A stretch of 64,000 bases of DNA from Macrostomum lignano (taxonomy: Eukaryota), in contig NIVC01000825.1 in assembly GCA_002269645.1 (NCBI GenBank), positions 186,001 to 250,000 on the forward strand, written 5' to 3'. Both the position numbers and the translations under genes were made by a program. The notes under the pieces were generated by a model. It made no database searches and was not told the origin of the DNA. It saw nothing but the letters and a program-made list of their open reading frames with translations. Of this stretch, positions 12,601 through 23,947 are shown piece by piece (within the stretch, counting starts at the first letter, position 1; each line of letters opens with the position of its first letter).

Positions 12601-15336
12601 CAATGGGGAGGGCAGAACACCCAACTGAGAAACAATGGGGAGGGCAGCAAACCCAACTGAGAAACAATGGGGAGGGCAGCACACCCAACTGAGAAACAAA
12701 GGGGAGGGCAGCACACCCAACTGAGAAACAAAGGGGAGGGCAGCACACCCAACTGAGAAACAAAGGGGAGGGCAGCACACCCAACTGAGAAACAAAGGGG
12801 AGGGCAGCACACCCAACTGAGAAACAATGGGGAGGGCAGAACACCCAACTGAGAAACAATGGGGAGGGCAGAACACCCAACTGAGAAACAAAGGGGAGGG
12901 CAGCACACCCAACTGAGAAACAAAGGGGAGGGCAGCACACCCAACTGAGAAACAATGGGGAGGGCAGAACACCCAACTGAGAAACAATGGGGAGGGCAGC
13001 AAACCCAACTGAGAAACAAAGAGGAGGGCAGCACACCCAACTGAGAAACAAAGGGGAGGGCAGCACACGCGCTGAGAAACAATGGGGAGGGCAGAACACC
13101 CAACTGAGAAACAAAGGGGAGGGCAGAACACCCAACTGAGAAACAAAGAGGAGGGCAGCACACCCAACTGAGAAACAAAGAGGAGGGCAGAACACCCAAC
13201 TGAGAAACAATGGGGAGGGCAGCAAACCCAACTGAGAAACAAAGGGGAGGGCAGCACACCCAACTGAGAAACAAAGGGGAGGGCAGCACACCCAACTGAG
13301 AAACAAAGGGGAGGGCAGCACACGCGCTGAGAAACAATGGGGAGGGCTGCACACCCAACTGAGTAACAATGGGGAGGGCAGAACACCCAACTGAGAAACA
13401 ATGGGGAGGGCAGCACACCCAACTGAGAAACAATGGGGAGGGCAGCACACGCGCTGAGAAACAATGGGGAGGGCAGCACACGCGCTGAGAAACAATGGGG
13501 AGGGCAGCACACGCGCTGAGAAACAAAGGGGAGGGCAGCACACGCGCTGAGAAACAATGGGGAGGGCAGCACACGCGCTGAGAAACAATGGGGAGGGCAG
13601 AACACCCAACTGAGAAACAAAGGGGAGGGCAGCACACCCAACTGAGAAACAAAGGGGAGGGCAGCACACCCAACTGAGAAACAATGGGGAGGGCAGCACA
13701 CGCGCTGAGAAACAATGGGGGGAGGGCAGCACACGAACTAAAGACCAGGCCATGGGTTCGGAACTGAAGCGCCACTCTGGAATCTCACCAAGCACAGAGT
13801 CGGAGCCGAGATCTTTGCCATGCTTGACCATAGACTCGCCGAGAATGCCCTCGGGCTGCGGGTACACCATGCTCTTGTTCTTATTCTGCAGATTGTTAAA
13901 TCCTTTCACGGCTGTCATTCGAGCGCGAGCCACTGAAATTGTTTTATAAATATAACGCATATATTACAGCACAGAGCTAGCAACTGGCAAAGTTGCCTGA
14001 GCTATAGATTAAAGCATAAAGCTTACTTGGGTTCGGCTGCAGATACTCCTGAGTCCTGGCAATCAGATCTTCAACCATCCTTCCAGCTACATCAATTTTC
14101 TGTAATAATTATAAATATTGCTATCACTAATGTTTAGGTTAAATAGCATAACATAAGCAACATGAGAACAGAGACATACCCGCTCCATTTCCATGAAATC
14201 TGGGTCCAACTCTGTTCCACGGGCTCCAGCAATTTTCTCATTGAAAAGCTATAAATTATAGTTGAGTAAGGAATATTTAGAAAAGGAACTACTATTATAA
14301 GACAGGTATGCATAGAAATAAAATTAATTCAAGCTGATAAACCTAATGTTGAAATGTAATAAAAAACGATTATTTTTAGATAGGTCTCTGCAGTGTCAAT
14401 TAATTGTAGGCACATATAGATTACAGTTATCTTAAAACCTTCAAAAGACCTAAAAAGAACATTTATTTTAAGGTACAGTCAGAGGTTTTAGGATAGGGAC
14501 CAGTTGGGACACAGAAGATACTAAAAGGACATTTTTGTTGAATGCAATTAAATGCAATATTTCTAAATTGAACATAGTTAAAAACTAATAAATCCCATAG
14601 CTAGGGTAAATATGATATAAAATAAAAAAGTATATTTTCTTATTTAGAGATTTAAAATGAAAATTAGAAAGTTAGGATAGATGGCCAAGGGACCTACAGC
14701 CTGACTAGAGGTGACCTAGACCCCTAGCACCTTTTGGATATACCCTTGATTAATTGAGTCAAAGCGAAGTAAGTCAAGACAAGATGAATTAAAGTCAAAA
14801 TAGTAATAGTTTTAATAGTTTTAGATATCAATAAAGCAAAATTTCATTCCATGTCATCAAAAAACAAAATCTATTAATACCAACAATTCTTAAAATCATT
14901 TTCATTAGAATCTAACATATTAATATTATTTATTAGTATAGTTATGAAACATATACTCCTGAATTTTTTAAAATCTTTTAACTTTTTATTTTGCATTTAC
15001 ACATAAAGAAAAAAATTGCTTGAAATAATTATAAAAAAACTACCTTGAAATCCAGATGTCATTAAAATTCAGGACTGTTATTAGCAACTTTATTATTTTT
15101 ATGCCTTTAAAACATAAAGTGTATTTTTTAAAGAAATGTAGCTTGTCAAAAAGACAACTACTTAAAAAAATTTTTTTTATCTAGAACCTAACACACACGG
15201 AACAAGTAATGATTAGAATGTACATTTGCTGGCACAGGTAAAATGTAAAAAATAGCAAATATTCAACAACCAACAGAGTGAAAGAGCATACCTGATTCGC
15301 TTTATTTAGCTGCTTCTTAAATCCGGCGAGAGACAT
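645..15336 (-). CDS. SH3GL/endoA: Endophilin A (N-BAR domain; the SH3 exon presumably lies beyond the left window edge)
   Basis: Exons with GT-AG borders and consistent phases: 15292-15336 MSLAGFKKQLNKANQ; 14180-14248 LFNEKIAGARGTELDPDFMEMER; 14027-14099 KIDVAGRMVEDLIARTQEYLQPNP; 13789-13932 MARARMT..YPQPEGILGESMVKHGKDLG; 11610-11743 ..MAEIKYSLEDNVKQNFLDPF..; 11449-11506 HHRKKLEGRRLDFDCKKRK; 4585-4691 ..EEELHMAEEKFVESKNLAENAMINFLNSD; 4382-4485 AEHIAALYEFVSSEVVYHQEAVRIL..; 645-826 KRREAAERPKTEYVP.. linker. Matches endophilin-A hallmarks (amphipathic H0 helix, EYLQPNP, KKLEGRRLDFD). Confidence 0.95.
1035..1510. repeat. 40-bp tandem array (TAGCAATCCATTCTATTCCTGCATCCGTGTTTGGCTAGAT)n, about 12 copies
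   Basis: Period 40; contains the core AGATTAGCAATCC. Confidence 0.95.
2732..3492. repeat. Degenerate 17-21-bp array (GGATTGCTAATCTATCTATGA-like)
   Basis: Repeated GGATTGCTAATC core; reverse complement of the 3940-4350 array. Confidence 0.93.
3940..4350. repeat. Degenerate array (ATAGATAGATTAGCAATCCACAC-like), inverted relative to 2732-3492
   Basis: Repeated GATTAGCAATCC core. Confidence 0.93.
4775..6283. repeat. 16-bp tandem array (TTGATCAGATTCGGGA)n, about 94 copies, with a 496-bp higher-order duplication
   Basis: Period 16; diagnostic variants recur at +496. Confidence 0.97.
7699..7892. repeat. 17-bp tandem array (GCGCGCAGTATCATTAA)n
   Basis: Period 17, about 11 copies. Confidence 0.9.
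9460..9600. repeat. GA-rich low-complexity tract
   Basis: Almost purely purine GAG/GGA runs. Confidence 0.85.
9838..10535. repeat. 44-bp tandem array (CCAGGTAAAACTTCTGGCCGCAGTTTAAACAGGGCATAATACAG)n, about 16 copies
   Basis: Period 44; near-identical copies apart from A-run length variants. Confidence 0.96.
10905..11270. repeat. TCTAG-based array (TCTAGTCTAGTTTTTAA-like units)
   Basis: Pentamer-based units with repeated higher-order blocks; lies next to the 3' end of the minus-strand SINE. Confidence 0.9.
11279..11420 (-). mobile_element. tRNA-derived SINE fragment
   Basis: Minus strand reads GGCAGCTCAGTGCTAAACGCATCTGACTC..GGTTCGAATCC (A-box-like and B-box-like). No closed cloverleaf. Shares ATTTGGGGCT with the 19840 copy. 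Confidence 0.6.
11960..13740. repeat. 31/32-bp minisatellite (GAGAAACAA[T/A]GGGGAGGGCAGCACACCCAACT)n, about 56 copies, in endophilin intron 4
   Basis: Period 32, with a 31-bp CACGCGCT variant; source of the spurious 694/584/467-aa ORFs. Confidence 0.97.
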
Positions 15337-16635
15337 TGAAACTATATGTTTATGAAAAGGTTTTAGACCAGAAAAGGCTAGGCAGTGGATTTAAGAACAA
15401 TAAAAATGCAACAAACAATGCAATTATCGCGGCCGCGATAACACAAATGAACGTTTGTAAAAATGGCAAAAAATTTCCGCCTTAAAAATTTTAAACAACT
15501 TTAGAAGTAAATAAACAAAAAAATACGGACAAAAGTCTAAAGCAGACGTAGAGAAATTATATGCACTACTAAAATACTGTTGATCAGCTTTCTTCATAGA
15601 CCATTGTTATTTAGCTGAGGATGAATAGCTCTTTGTCGTTAGCATAATTGATTATATTCAATAGTTTATAAAATCCTCGGTAGCAGGCCTTTGTTTGCGA
15701 TGCAATATGCAGTAGCTAGAGTGTACATGGAATTCAAAAGCAGTTAGCCAAGGTATTGAGATACAGTTTTACTACAGAGAAACTAGAGAGGTATACATAA
15801 GCATTAACTTGGCGATTGAAGCTTTCTAACTGCTAATCCTGACAACTGAAAAACCATCGACCTTTTTATTTTTTAGTAATAACTCATGCATATATGTTCT
15901 GTAGTACGCATAGAGAAGATTCTAATAATTTTCGTAACATAACTTACATGAAAATTAGTGGATATTCTGTTGTACTTTTTAGTTGCGACTTAGTTGTCAT
16001 TACTTTACCATATATAGATCGACATTTCATTTACAGTTCTTTCTCGCAGTAATATGTGCCCCAATCCTTTTCATCGTTATTAACTCACAAGCTAAATAAA
16101 ATCGAAATTTACGAGAAACTTTGAATTTCAACTCTAAAACTTTCCTTAGTTTCTCTACACATTTATAAAGTACTACAGTCTATTTCCTGGCTAAACAGAA
16201 CGAGATGGACATATGCATTGAAACACTTTTGTGAGTCTGCTAAACTGCAATGTGCACTTTCAGAGAGGCATGTCGTCCTTATACTTTTACACTTTAAGCA
16301 ATGTACATTGACTTTTATAAATTATAATTTGTCCTAAACATTATCCAGCTTCAACTAGCTTTCAAAAATCGTCACAAAAACTTTGCTGTAACAAATGAAG
16401 TAGCTTTTCTTTCCTACAGTTTTAGTCAGGGTTATCAATTATCCCTGTCAAAAAGACTAAAACGTAGTTGATGGTTGCGTTCTTATTTATTACAAGGAAC
16501 TTGATCTATTAATTATCAATCCACTTTAAGCGACTTTTATGTTTAACCAATAAATCACATCTAATTAGCAAATAAAACTAAATATAAAATCAAATTAGAT
16601 TTTTTAGATTTTGTCAGATAAGAAATATTATTTGG

Positions 16636-17931
16636 CTAACAGTTTGACGGCACGGGGACCCGGCCATCCGTTCTGCCACCACTATGCCGGTACTCAAACT
16701 CGCACATGCCTCGGCCGTTGACGATTCGACCGTCTGGTAGCTTGCAGCGAATCTTGGCCAGCACACAATAGAGTCTGGCCTCCCAGTTCCAGCCGCAGTA
16801 ATAGGATGGTGCGTCAACAGAGGTCACCTCGAGTTCGTAGCGTTGATTTCCTTGAACTGTGAGATCCACTTGATAAGTCTTGGGCGGTGGCTCGGTCTCG
16901 CCAATTTGCCAGAGCGACCGGGAGCTGGCGGTCGCGGCCAGCTTCTTCTTGTCAGGAGTGATGACGAAGCCGGTGATGAGGTGAGTCATCAGCACTGGCA
17001 GGCAGACAAGGTGGAAGGCAATGCAAGTTGAGTCTTCCAGTACGAAGTATTGCAAGATGTATCGATGAAAGTCGTTCCATTTTCTGTACAGCCCGTAGCT
17101 TCTGTCGCGCATGCTGTCCAAGTTCAGCTGCCACTGACCGACGTCTTGCACTTTGATCTCGCCGGTTAGCCGGCCGAACTGCTCATAGTGCGTCTGGTGC
17201 GCCTCCCGCAGCCGCTGGAAGAAGTCGCCGCTCCATGGCTCCCGCGCGATGGCCTCGCAGGTCGGGCCGGCGTCCATATCGGTGTCGAAGTCGAAGCAGG
17301 GCGTCTCCGCCCGCCAGGTGAGGTCGAAGCTGACCTGCCGCACCTGGCGACCGCGGCGCTGGCGCAGCTCTCCGTTGAACATGACGCGCCACTCTTTCAT
17401 TGGTGTAACAGTCTGGTAGGCGAGCCCGCCAGCGTTCCAGCTGCTGTCGTCCACCGCGTCAACGTCGGTGGCGGGACCCCAAGGCCACTCCAGTACGTCG
17501 CCGTCCAGAATAGTCTCGGGTGGCCGGATCACCATGATGCATTCGGCCTTGAGATGATGCCGCCGCTGGATGCCGGCGCCGAAGTACCAGCCGTCGCGGC
17601 TGTAGCCGTTGAAATAGGCGGCGTCGATGGCCTGCGGATGCGCGCTCAGTGGCTGGACTCGCTCCATGTCTGCCTCGCTAGCGTGGCTTTTTCTGCCGTA
17701 GCCGCTGCCGCCTCCGTGTCCACCACCAGCGTCGCCACCGTCGCCGCCGCTGTCGCCGCGAAGCTTCCGCAGCCGCAGTAGGACGTAGAAAGCGGCGAAC
17801 TTGATGGGGTAGAACGGGCCAGGCTGGCTGTACACGCTGAGGTACTTGCCAGCGCTGTGACGGCGGAGCGCCAGTATCAGTGTTGCTATGGCAACGACAG
17901 CTCCTGAGCCGATGTACAGTACGACTGACAT
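16636..17931 (-). CDS. Intronless 431-aa uncharacterised protein with N-terminal membrane anchor; resembles an invertebrate family also found as the N-terminal region of 'PEP-synthase-like' proteins
   Basis: Clean GC-rich ORF with hydrophobic N-terminus and motifs YSQPG, DAAYFNG, FDFDTDM, AIAREPWS..F, HQTHYEQFG, RDRSYG, GWNWEAR, EFEYR. The family assignment is from memory, not from a search. Confidence 0.85.
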   Translation of the reverse strand: MSVVLYIGSGAVVAIATLILALRRHSAGKYLSVYSQPGPFYPIKFAAFYVLLRLRKLRGDSGGDGGDAGGGHGGGSGYGRKSHASEADMERVQPLSAHPQAIDAAYFNGYSRDGWYFGAGIQRRHHLKAECIMVIRPPETILDGDVLEWPWGPATDVDAVDDSSWNAGGLAYQTVTPMKEWRVMFNGELRQRRGRQVRQVSFDLTWRAETPCFDFDTDMDAGPTCEAIAREPWSGDFFQRLREAHQTHYEQFGRLTGEIKVQDVGQWQLNLDSMRDRSYGLYRKWNDFHRYILQYFVLEDSTCIAFHLVCLPVLMTHLITGFVITPDKKKLAATASSRSLWQIGETEPPPKTYQVDLTVQGNQRYELEVTSVDAPSYYCGWNWEARLYCVLAKIRCKLPDGRIVNGRGMCEFEYRHSGGRTDGRVPVPSNC

Positions 17932-18971
17932 TGTTCAGCTGCAATTGCGTGAAGGTGGCGATGCATGGGATTGCAACTTATTTAGAATAAACTGGGTAGT
18001 GCAGGATTCATGATTGCGATGCGAAAGAAGAGATGAGGGAGAGAAGAGAATGCTTTTGGTCATTTCAGGCAATGATCATTAGAAATTACCGATGCATCAA
18101 GCGAGATGGCAATTGCTTTCTACCGCTATATTTCTATAATCTATAGTCTATCGAAAATAGAAATTTTTAAACACTTAATGGACGATTTCGATTTCTCTCT
18201 TTCTGCTGTTACGAGCGCGTACGACGTCTATATGTAGCTTGCTTGCGTTTGCGGGTCTGAGGTGGCTTCATCAGTTTATTTTTATCAACTAAAAATCTCC
18301 ACTGGAGGCTGGCAGCCGCGCAAGATTGAAGCAAAATTGCACCATTATTCCTGTCTTTTTAATGTATTGTTTTCTGTAAGGATTCGCCTCGTTCCAAGAT
18401 TTTCTGTGGTAGAACCTCGCCTGTTTAACTAGTCTGACTCGTAGGTATGTTTATTTTATGCTCCACTTGATGCAATACATTCTGCAAAAAAATCCTTCCA
18501 GAGAAGGCACTGTGATTTGATTTCAGGGCGTATAGCTGAAAGCATATTTCATAAAGCCATTACTTTTGGGTTGTTGCTGGTTAACAAAACATTCAATGGA
18601 AAGAAACTTACCAGGTGAAGTGAAAGTCTTAGTGGTCAAAGTCACGTCTATGTCTACGAAGTTCTTGTAGATTTTTATTACACTTTTAATTGCTTGGAGT
18701 GAACGTTTAAAAACGATCTGGAGCACAGAATTGCCGTCTCTAAAGTTGAATTTCAACCCCGATAAAGAAACAGTGGTACCACCGCAACAGACGCCATAGC
18801 GATCGATCGAGGCCAGCTCAAGAACGGCTAAGGTAATTCTTATCTATCTGTCCCTGCGTGTCCTGTGCGCTCAGCTAGGCAGGGTGACCTCACCTGTCAA
18901 ATGGGCCGCGATTATTTCGTACCAGTCTGCGGCCTATCCGTGCCAGCACAGGCCCGTATTTTAATGGTCCA

Positions 18972-19352
18972 CAGGCGCGTCGCCACCGGGAGGACAGGGG
19001 GGACATGTTCCCCCAGTTAAAGCTAGGGGGGGGACATGCCAATGCTTTGTCCCCCCCCCACCCCACCTTGTGACTCGTTGTGTTAATCAATAATTTTTCT
19101 TCAGGGTGCCAAAGTATAGCGCCTTCGGCGCCAAAATGAGTGCCTGTGGCGCTAAAATGAGTGCCTGTGGCGCTAAAATGAGTGGCTGCGGCGCTAAAAT
19201 GAGTACCTGCGGCGCCGAAATGAGTGCCCGCGGCGGCAAAATGAGCGCTGACAACACGATTCTCAAAATAATGGAATTTTAGAAATTTAGTCATGTACAT
19301 GTTAAATTCTTGGCTTCGTCCCCCCCCCATACAATCCATGGCGACGCCCCTG
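18972..19352. mobile_element. Non-autonomous hAT-like MITE
   Basis: TIRs CAGGCGCGTCGCCA and TGGCGACGCCCCTG (13/14 match). 8-bp TSD ATGGTCCA (18964-18971) / ATGGTTCA (19353-19360). Internal 21-bp tandem, about 6 copies. Confidence 0.8.
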
Positions 19353-19839
19353 ATGGTTCAACTAAACGAAAATAGACCTACAGTACAGTGGAACATCGAA
19401 CTGTAGGGGCGTTGAAATATTATATTCAAAAAAAGCTGAACTTCGTTTTTAACATCAGGAGCCTGAAATAATTCCGGCGAAGGAATTCATTAGAGAGAAA
19501 GAAGAGTTGAAGAAGTCCACTCTGACGAAGTTTTTTTAATCAAGTGTTTGAATTATTTCAACGAATTTCTAATCTTCATTTCAATCTTAGTGACAAAATA
19601 TTTCTCTTAGCAAAGAAATTAGTAGTTAGCAAAATTTGTTTAAATTTGTAGTACGCTTGTAAAAATACCGGAATTTTTAGTGATATTTATTTTTTTATTA
19701 ACAAACGATGCTCATCATTGAGCAACACACAAATTAGTAAAGCCTAAATTAAATTTGTTTTATACCAGCTTTAGAGGAAACACGTTAGCCGTATACTGCT
19801 GAGCTGAAATTTTAAGTCACTTTAATTGTAAAGAATGTC

Positions 19840-20195
19840 GGGTGGTCCGTAGCCCAAGCAGTGGTCTAACAGGGCGCTCGATGTGCCAGCGGCCCAGGCT
19901 CGATTCCAAGTGCAGTCGCAATAATTTGGGGCTAAATTGGAATCTCGGCTTGGCTCTGTTCGTGCAATAAACGTCATTGAGAACCAACCCCCAAGACACA
20001 GGGAAGCTAACGATAAACAAAGTTAGGACCGCTGTACACTCCTGTGTGAGTGTGTGCCTGTGCTTATGACTGCGTACGTATCCGCGCGCTTGTGTGCCTG
20101 CTCAGGGGAGTCGGCGGAATGGGCAGTAATGCCTCTCGCTTAGAGTGCGCCACCATGGATGCACACCCCCTTGTCTCTAACTAAACCAAACTAAA
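19840..20195 (+). mobile_element. tRNA-derived SINE with a simple-repeat tail
   Basis: A-box-like and B-box-like head (TAGCCCAAGCAGTGG..GGCTCGATTCC). Body homologous to 35525-35680. Tail CTAACTAAACCAAACTAAA. Confidence 0.65.
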
Positions 20196-21169
20196 ATTTA
20201 AGGGAGTTTAAACTCTTCTACAAAATTCCAATTCGAATGTGTACATATTTAGTAAATCATCTACCTACTTGCTAGTAGCAGGTAAAAACTTTGAATAGGA
20301 TTTTTTCTTTAAAATAGAACTTGGAACTTGGGAGAATTACTAAGATTTCAAGGCTTACGGGGGGAATCGCTGAGATGTCAAGTCTGGGGTGGGTATTCTG
20401 AGAAGGCTTACGGGGACAAGAGCTGAGATGGCAAGGCTTGGAGGGGGGAGAATCGCTGAGATATCAAGACTGAGGTGAGAAGCTACATGTAGTTTATTCA
20501 AACATTTTTATTACATTCTTTGTCGGCTCCCCAACGGGGGGCGCTGATTGCTAGTCCTATATACTAAAAATGAGTTGTCTAATTCTGATTACCTCCGTAC
20601 GGGACCGCAGCGATCCTGCAAACTCTATTATGACCATTTTGAAACTTTCATACGCGTGAAAATTATTAAAATCCTCAGGGAAATCCTGAGAAACCCACCG
20701 ATTCGGTCAGAAAAAAATTAATTAAGAAAGGCCAAATCAGAGAGAGAAAGTTCAGGTTATTAAAGTTAGTTATACTGTTTAAACTCGGTATTATTAAATG
20801 TGCTCTTTGATAGTTGATAGCTAAGAACGCAGTTCAGGCAAACTCTGTGGACTTTTGATCAAAATGATGGGAGAAAAAATATTTATAGCATCGCATTACT
20901 CCCATCTGACTCCGAGTTTTAACGGTAGGTAGTTCATTAGGCTGAGGCATAGGTAAAGCGCCAGCCGTTTCCCACTAATCCTATCAGATAAGTAGTTTTT
21001 ATCGCCAAGCCAATTTGTCTTCATTTTCATCAAGCATTAAAGCTCGGTAACTTTATGCTTTAAAGAATAGCTGCTCTGCGTTGGCTCAAAGTGCAGATCC
21101 ACATCGCTTGGCCAGAGTGGTGAGGGAGGGTACGCGGAAAATGCAGCTTTTCGAACTAATCCAACGATC

Positions 21170-21590
21170 TATCTGCCTATCTACCTACCTTAGCTATCTA
21201 CTTACCTACCCATCTACCTACTTACCTACCTATCTACCTACTTACCTACCTATCTACTTACCTACCTATCTATCTACTTACCTACCTATCTACCTACTTA
21301 CCTACCTATATACATACCTACCAATCTACCTACCAACCTATTTACCTGCCTACCTATTTATCTACCTACTTGCCTACCTAACCTGTCAAACCACGTACCT
21401 ATCTACATGTACCTACATACCTACCTATCTACCTATCTTCCTACCTACCTGTCTACCTACGTACCTAGCTACCTACTTATCTACCTGCCTTACCTACCTA
21501 TCTATCTACTTACCGATCTAACTACTTATGTATCTACCTACCAACCTATTTATCTACCTACCCGCCTATCTACCTACTTACACACCTAGT
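21170..21590. repeat. Degenerate (CTAC/CTAT)n microsatellite
   Basis: Tetranucleotide tract. Confidence 0.92.
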
Positions 21591-21668
21591 TAAATACTGC
21601 AGAAGCCAGGACAAATCACTGCCAGTCATCAGAGTTTGGGTCATCAGGCTGCAAGGAGGCTCAGCCTC

Positions 21669-22367
21669 CTAGCGTATCCCCAGCAGCGACCGCAGCCCGT
21701 TGGCGCTCCGCGATCCGCTCATATCGCCGCTCCGGCCGCCGTTTTTGCCAGTCGACGCAGCCGTCTTAGCGATCGGCCGCCGACAGTTCAGCGGCATGTA
21801 GTGCTCGAAGTCGGACTGGTTTACGTACAGAACCACCCACTGCTCGCCCTGGCTGTAGTACTGGGCCAGCAGCCGGCGCCGCCTCTCGGTGAGCTGAAAC
21901 GGCAGCCGCGTCCTGTGCGGATAATAGGCCTCGATTTTGCCGTGCGACAGGGCGAAGCTGGCCACCAGCTCGTACTTGTCCTCGCCGTCTTTCACTTTGC
22001 GCTGGTACAACTCCTGCATTCGACTGGACTCGGCTGGTGTCATCAGCCTTGGCTGCTGCGGTTGCTGCTGCTGTTGTTGCTGCTGCTGCTGCTGTTGCGG
22101 CTGTGGCTGCACAGCAGTGCCTTCGGCTGTGGAATTTTCCGTCACCACGGCGGATCGAGAAGTTGGTAGAAGATCCCAAACGAATGTTGGACCCGGTTGG
22201 TGCTGCTGTTGATGCTGCGACTGCGCCTGCTGGCTGCCTCCGCCGAAGCTGCTGCTGCTGCTGCTCTGGTGCGTCAGGTGCTGATGATGGCGATGGTGCC
22301 GACGGTGACCGCCACCACCGCCGCCGCCGCCGCCTCCATCACCGCCGAAAGAGAATCCACCCGGCAT
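21669..22367 (-). CDS. Uncharacterised 232-aa Gly/His/Gln-rich protein (or terminal exon) with a C-terminal globular-looking segment
   Basis: GC-rich, coding-like codons; poly-G, poly-H and poly-Q followed by non-repetitive MQELYQRKVKDGEDKYELVASF..WVVLYVNQSDFEHYMPL. The start abuts a tandem array, so the 5' end is uncertain. Confidence 0.6.
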   Translation of the reverse strand: MPGGFSFGGDGGGGGGGGGGHRRHHRHHQHLTHQSSSSSSFGGGSQQAQSQHQQQHQPGPTFVWDLLPTSRSAVVTENSTAEGTAVQPQPQQQQQQQQQQQQPQQPRLMTPAESSRMQELYQRKVKDGEDKYELVASFALSHGKIEAYYPHRTRLPFQLTERRRRLLAQYYSQGEQWVVLYVNQSDFEHYMPLNCRRPIAKTAASTGKNGGRSGDMSGSRSANGLRSLLGIR

Positions 22368-22369
22368 CT

Positions 22370-22852
22370 TGTGTCCGCTTGTCCGTCTATGATGTGTCCG
22401 CTTGTCCGTCTATTGATGTGTCCGCTTGTCCGTCTATTGATGTGTCCGCTTGTCCGTCTATTGATGTGTCCGCTTGTCCGTCTATGATTTGTCCGCTTGT
22501 CCGTCTATTGATGTGTCCGCTTGTCCGTCTATTGATGTGTCCGCTTGTCCGTCTATGATTTGTCCGCTTGTCCGTCTATGATTTGTCCGCTTGTCCGTCT
22601 ATGATGTGTCCGCTTGTCCGTCTATGATTTGTCCGCTTGTCCGTCTATGATTTGTCCGCTTGTCCGTCTATTGATGTGTCCGCTTGTCCGTCTATTGATT
22701 TGTCCGCTTGTCCGTCTATGATTTGTCCGCTTGTCCGTCTATGATGTGTCCGCTTGTCCGTCTATGATTTGTCCGCTTGTCCGTCTATGATTTGTCCGCT
22801 TGTCCGTCTATGATGTGTCCGCTTGTCCGTCTATGATGTGTCCGCTTGTCCT
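22370..22852. repeat. 23/24-bp tandem array (GATGTGTCCGCTTGTCCGTCTAT[T])n, about 20 copies
   Basis: Period 23-24. Confidence 0.95.
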
Positions 22853-23521
22853 TCGATGTCGTCACTCGTCGTTCTTATATGTGTGAACAAGTCCTTATTT
22901 TGTTTGTCCGTTTATTGTTTGTTTGTCTGTCCGCCAATCTAGGTTTCAACATCCAGCAGCAGTCGCTTGAGAACACTCGCGCGCTGTAGAAAACGGGCTG
23001 CAGGTGAGACACCGTGAGGACGTCGGCCTGAAAGCCTCTGCAGAGAGATGGGGGGGGGGGACTGCGGCGGCCATAGCCGATGATGCAGCTTTTCCTCCGT
23101 TCCCCCGGTCTTCTCGGTTGGCCTGGGCCAGCTTCCCGCACCCCCCCCCGCCACCCTACGCGACAAGACCGCGGGATAAAGCGAGCAATATGACTGACTC
23201 ACTGCGTCCGTCCGGAGTCGCGCGCCACCTCTATAACCGCAGACTGGATGGGGGGAGGTGACAGGTTTCTGGGGGGGGGGTGGGGGTGGGGGTGGTGTTG
23301 TTTGCAGTGCAGTTTGCAGCATCTGGGCTTCATCCTACACTGCTCCCAGATCACTTCTGATATCCAATATAGCTGAGCGGGCTAGAACAAAAAATAAAGC
23401 AACTCTCTTTTAGAAGGAGACATTCACTAGCAGCTGCACTACGATAAAATGGTGTGTCGCAGAGCCCGCTATGCAGTTTGCGTTCCCAGTTTTCCCCTGT
23501 CTCCCGCTGCCATCAACAATT

Positions 23522-23522
<1 letters not shown>

Positions 23523-23575
<53 letters not shown>

Positions 23576-23580
23576 ACACA
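23523..23580. repeat. (CA)n microsatellite
   Basis: Direct reading. Confidence 0.95.
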
Positions 23581-23947
23581 CAGCCTGAAAGCGCATTAAT
23601 TCTGAGAGGCTGGCTGAATTTCTGCTTTCACTGCGCTAAGCTAATGCAATTTGCATTGCAGCGAGTATAATGGAAGACGAGAGAAAACTGGAAGAGAAAA
23701 GCAAAAAAAAAACAGCACGAGGGCTGAGTGCTTTATTTTAAATAATTTTACTTTTTGTTTCAGGCAGACAGCATTGTGAAATTACAGGAAAGCAACTCAC
23801 TCAGCAATAGCGATAGCCTATAGTTACTGCAGTCAGCAGCCACTTTCATTTGGCAACCATGTAGGAAAATTTCATGACCTGCAAAAGCTGTTCCAATAAA
23901 AAATGCCTCAGAAAGGTTTAAAGGTGTGTGTTAGAAGCACTTCAACA

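Noticed and set aside
11876-13960. 694-, 584- and 467-aa ORFs
   Set aside because: Translations of the 31/32-bp intronic array; only 13789-13932 is a real endophilin exon.
18760-18833. Exon-like plus-strand segment ending AAG|gtaatt
   Set aside because: No partner exons or recognisable peptide.
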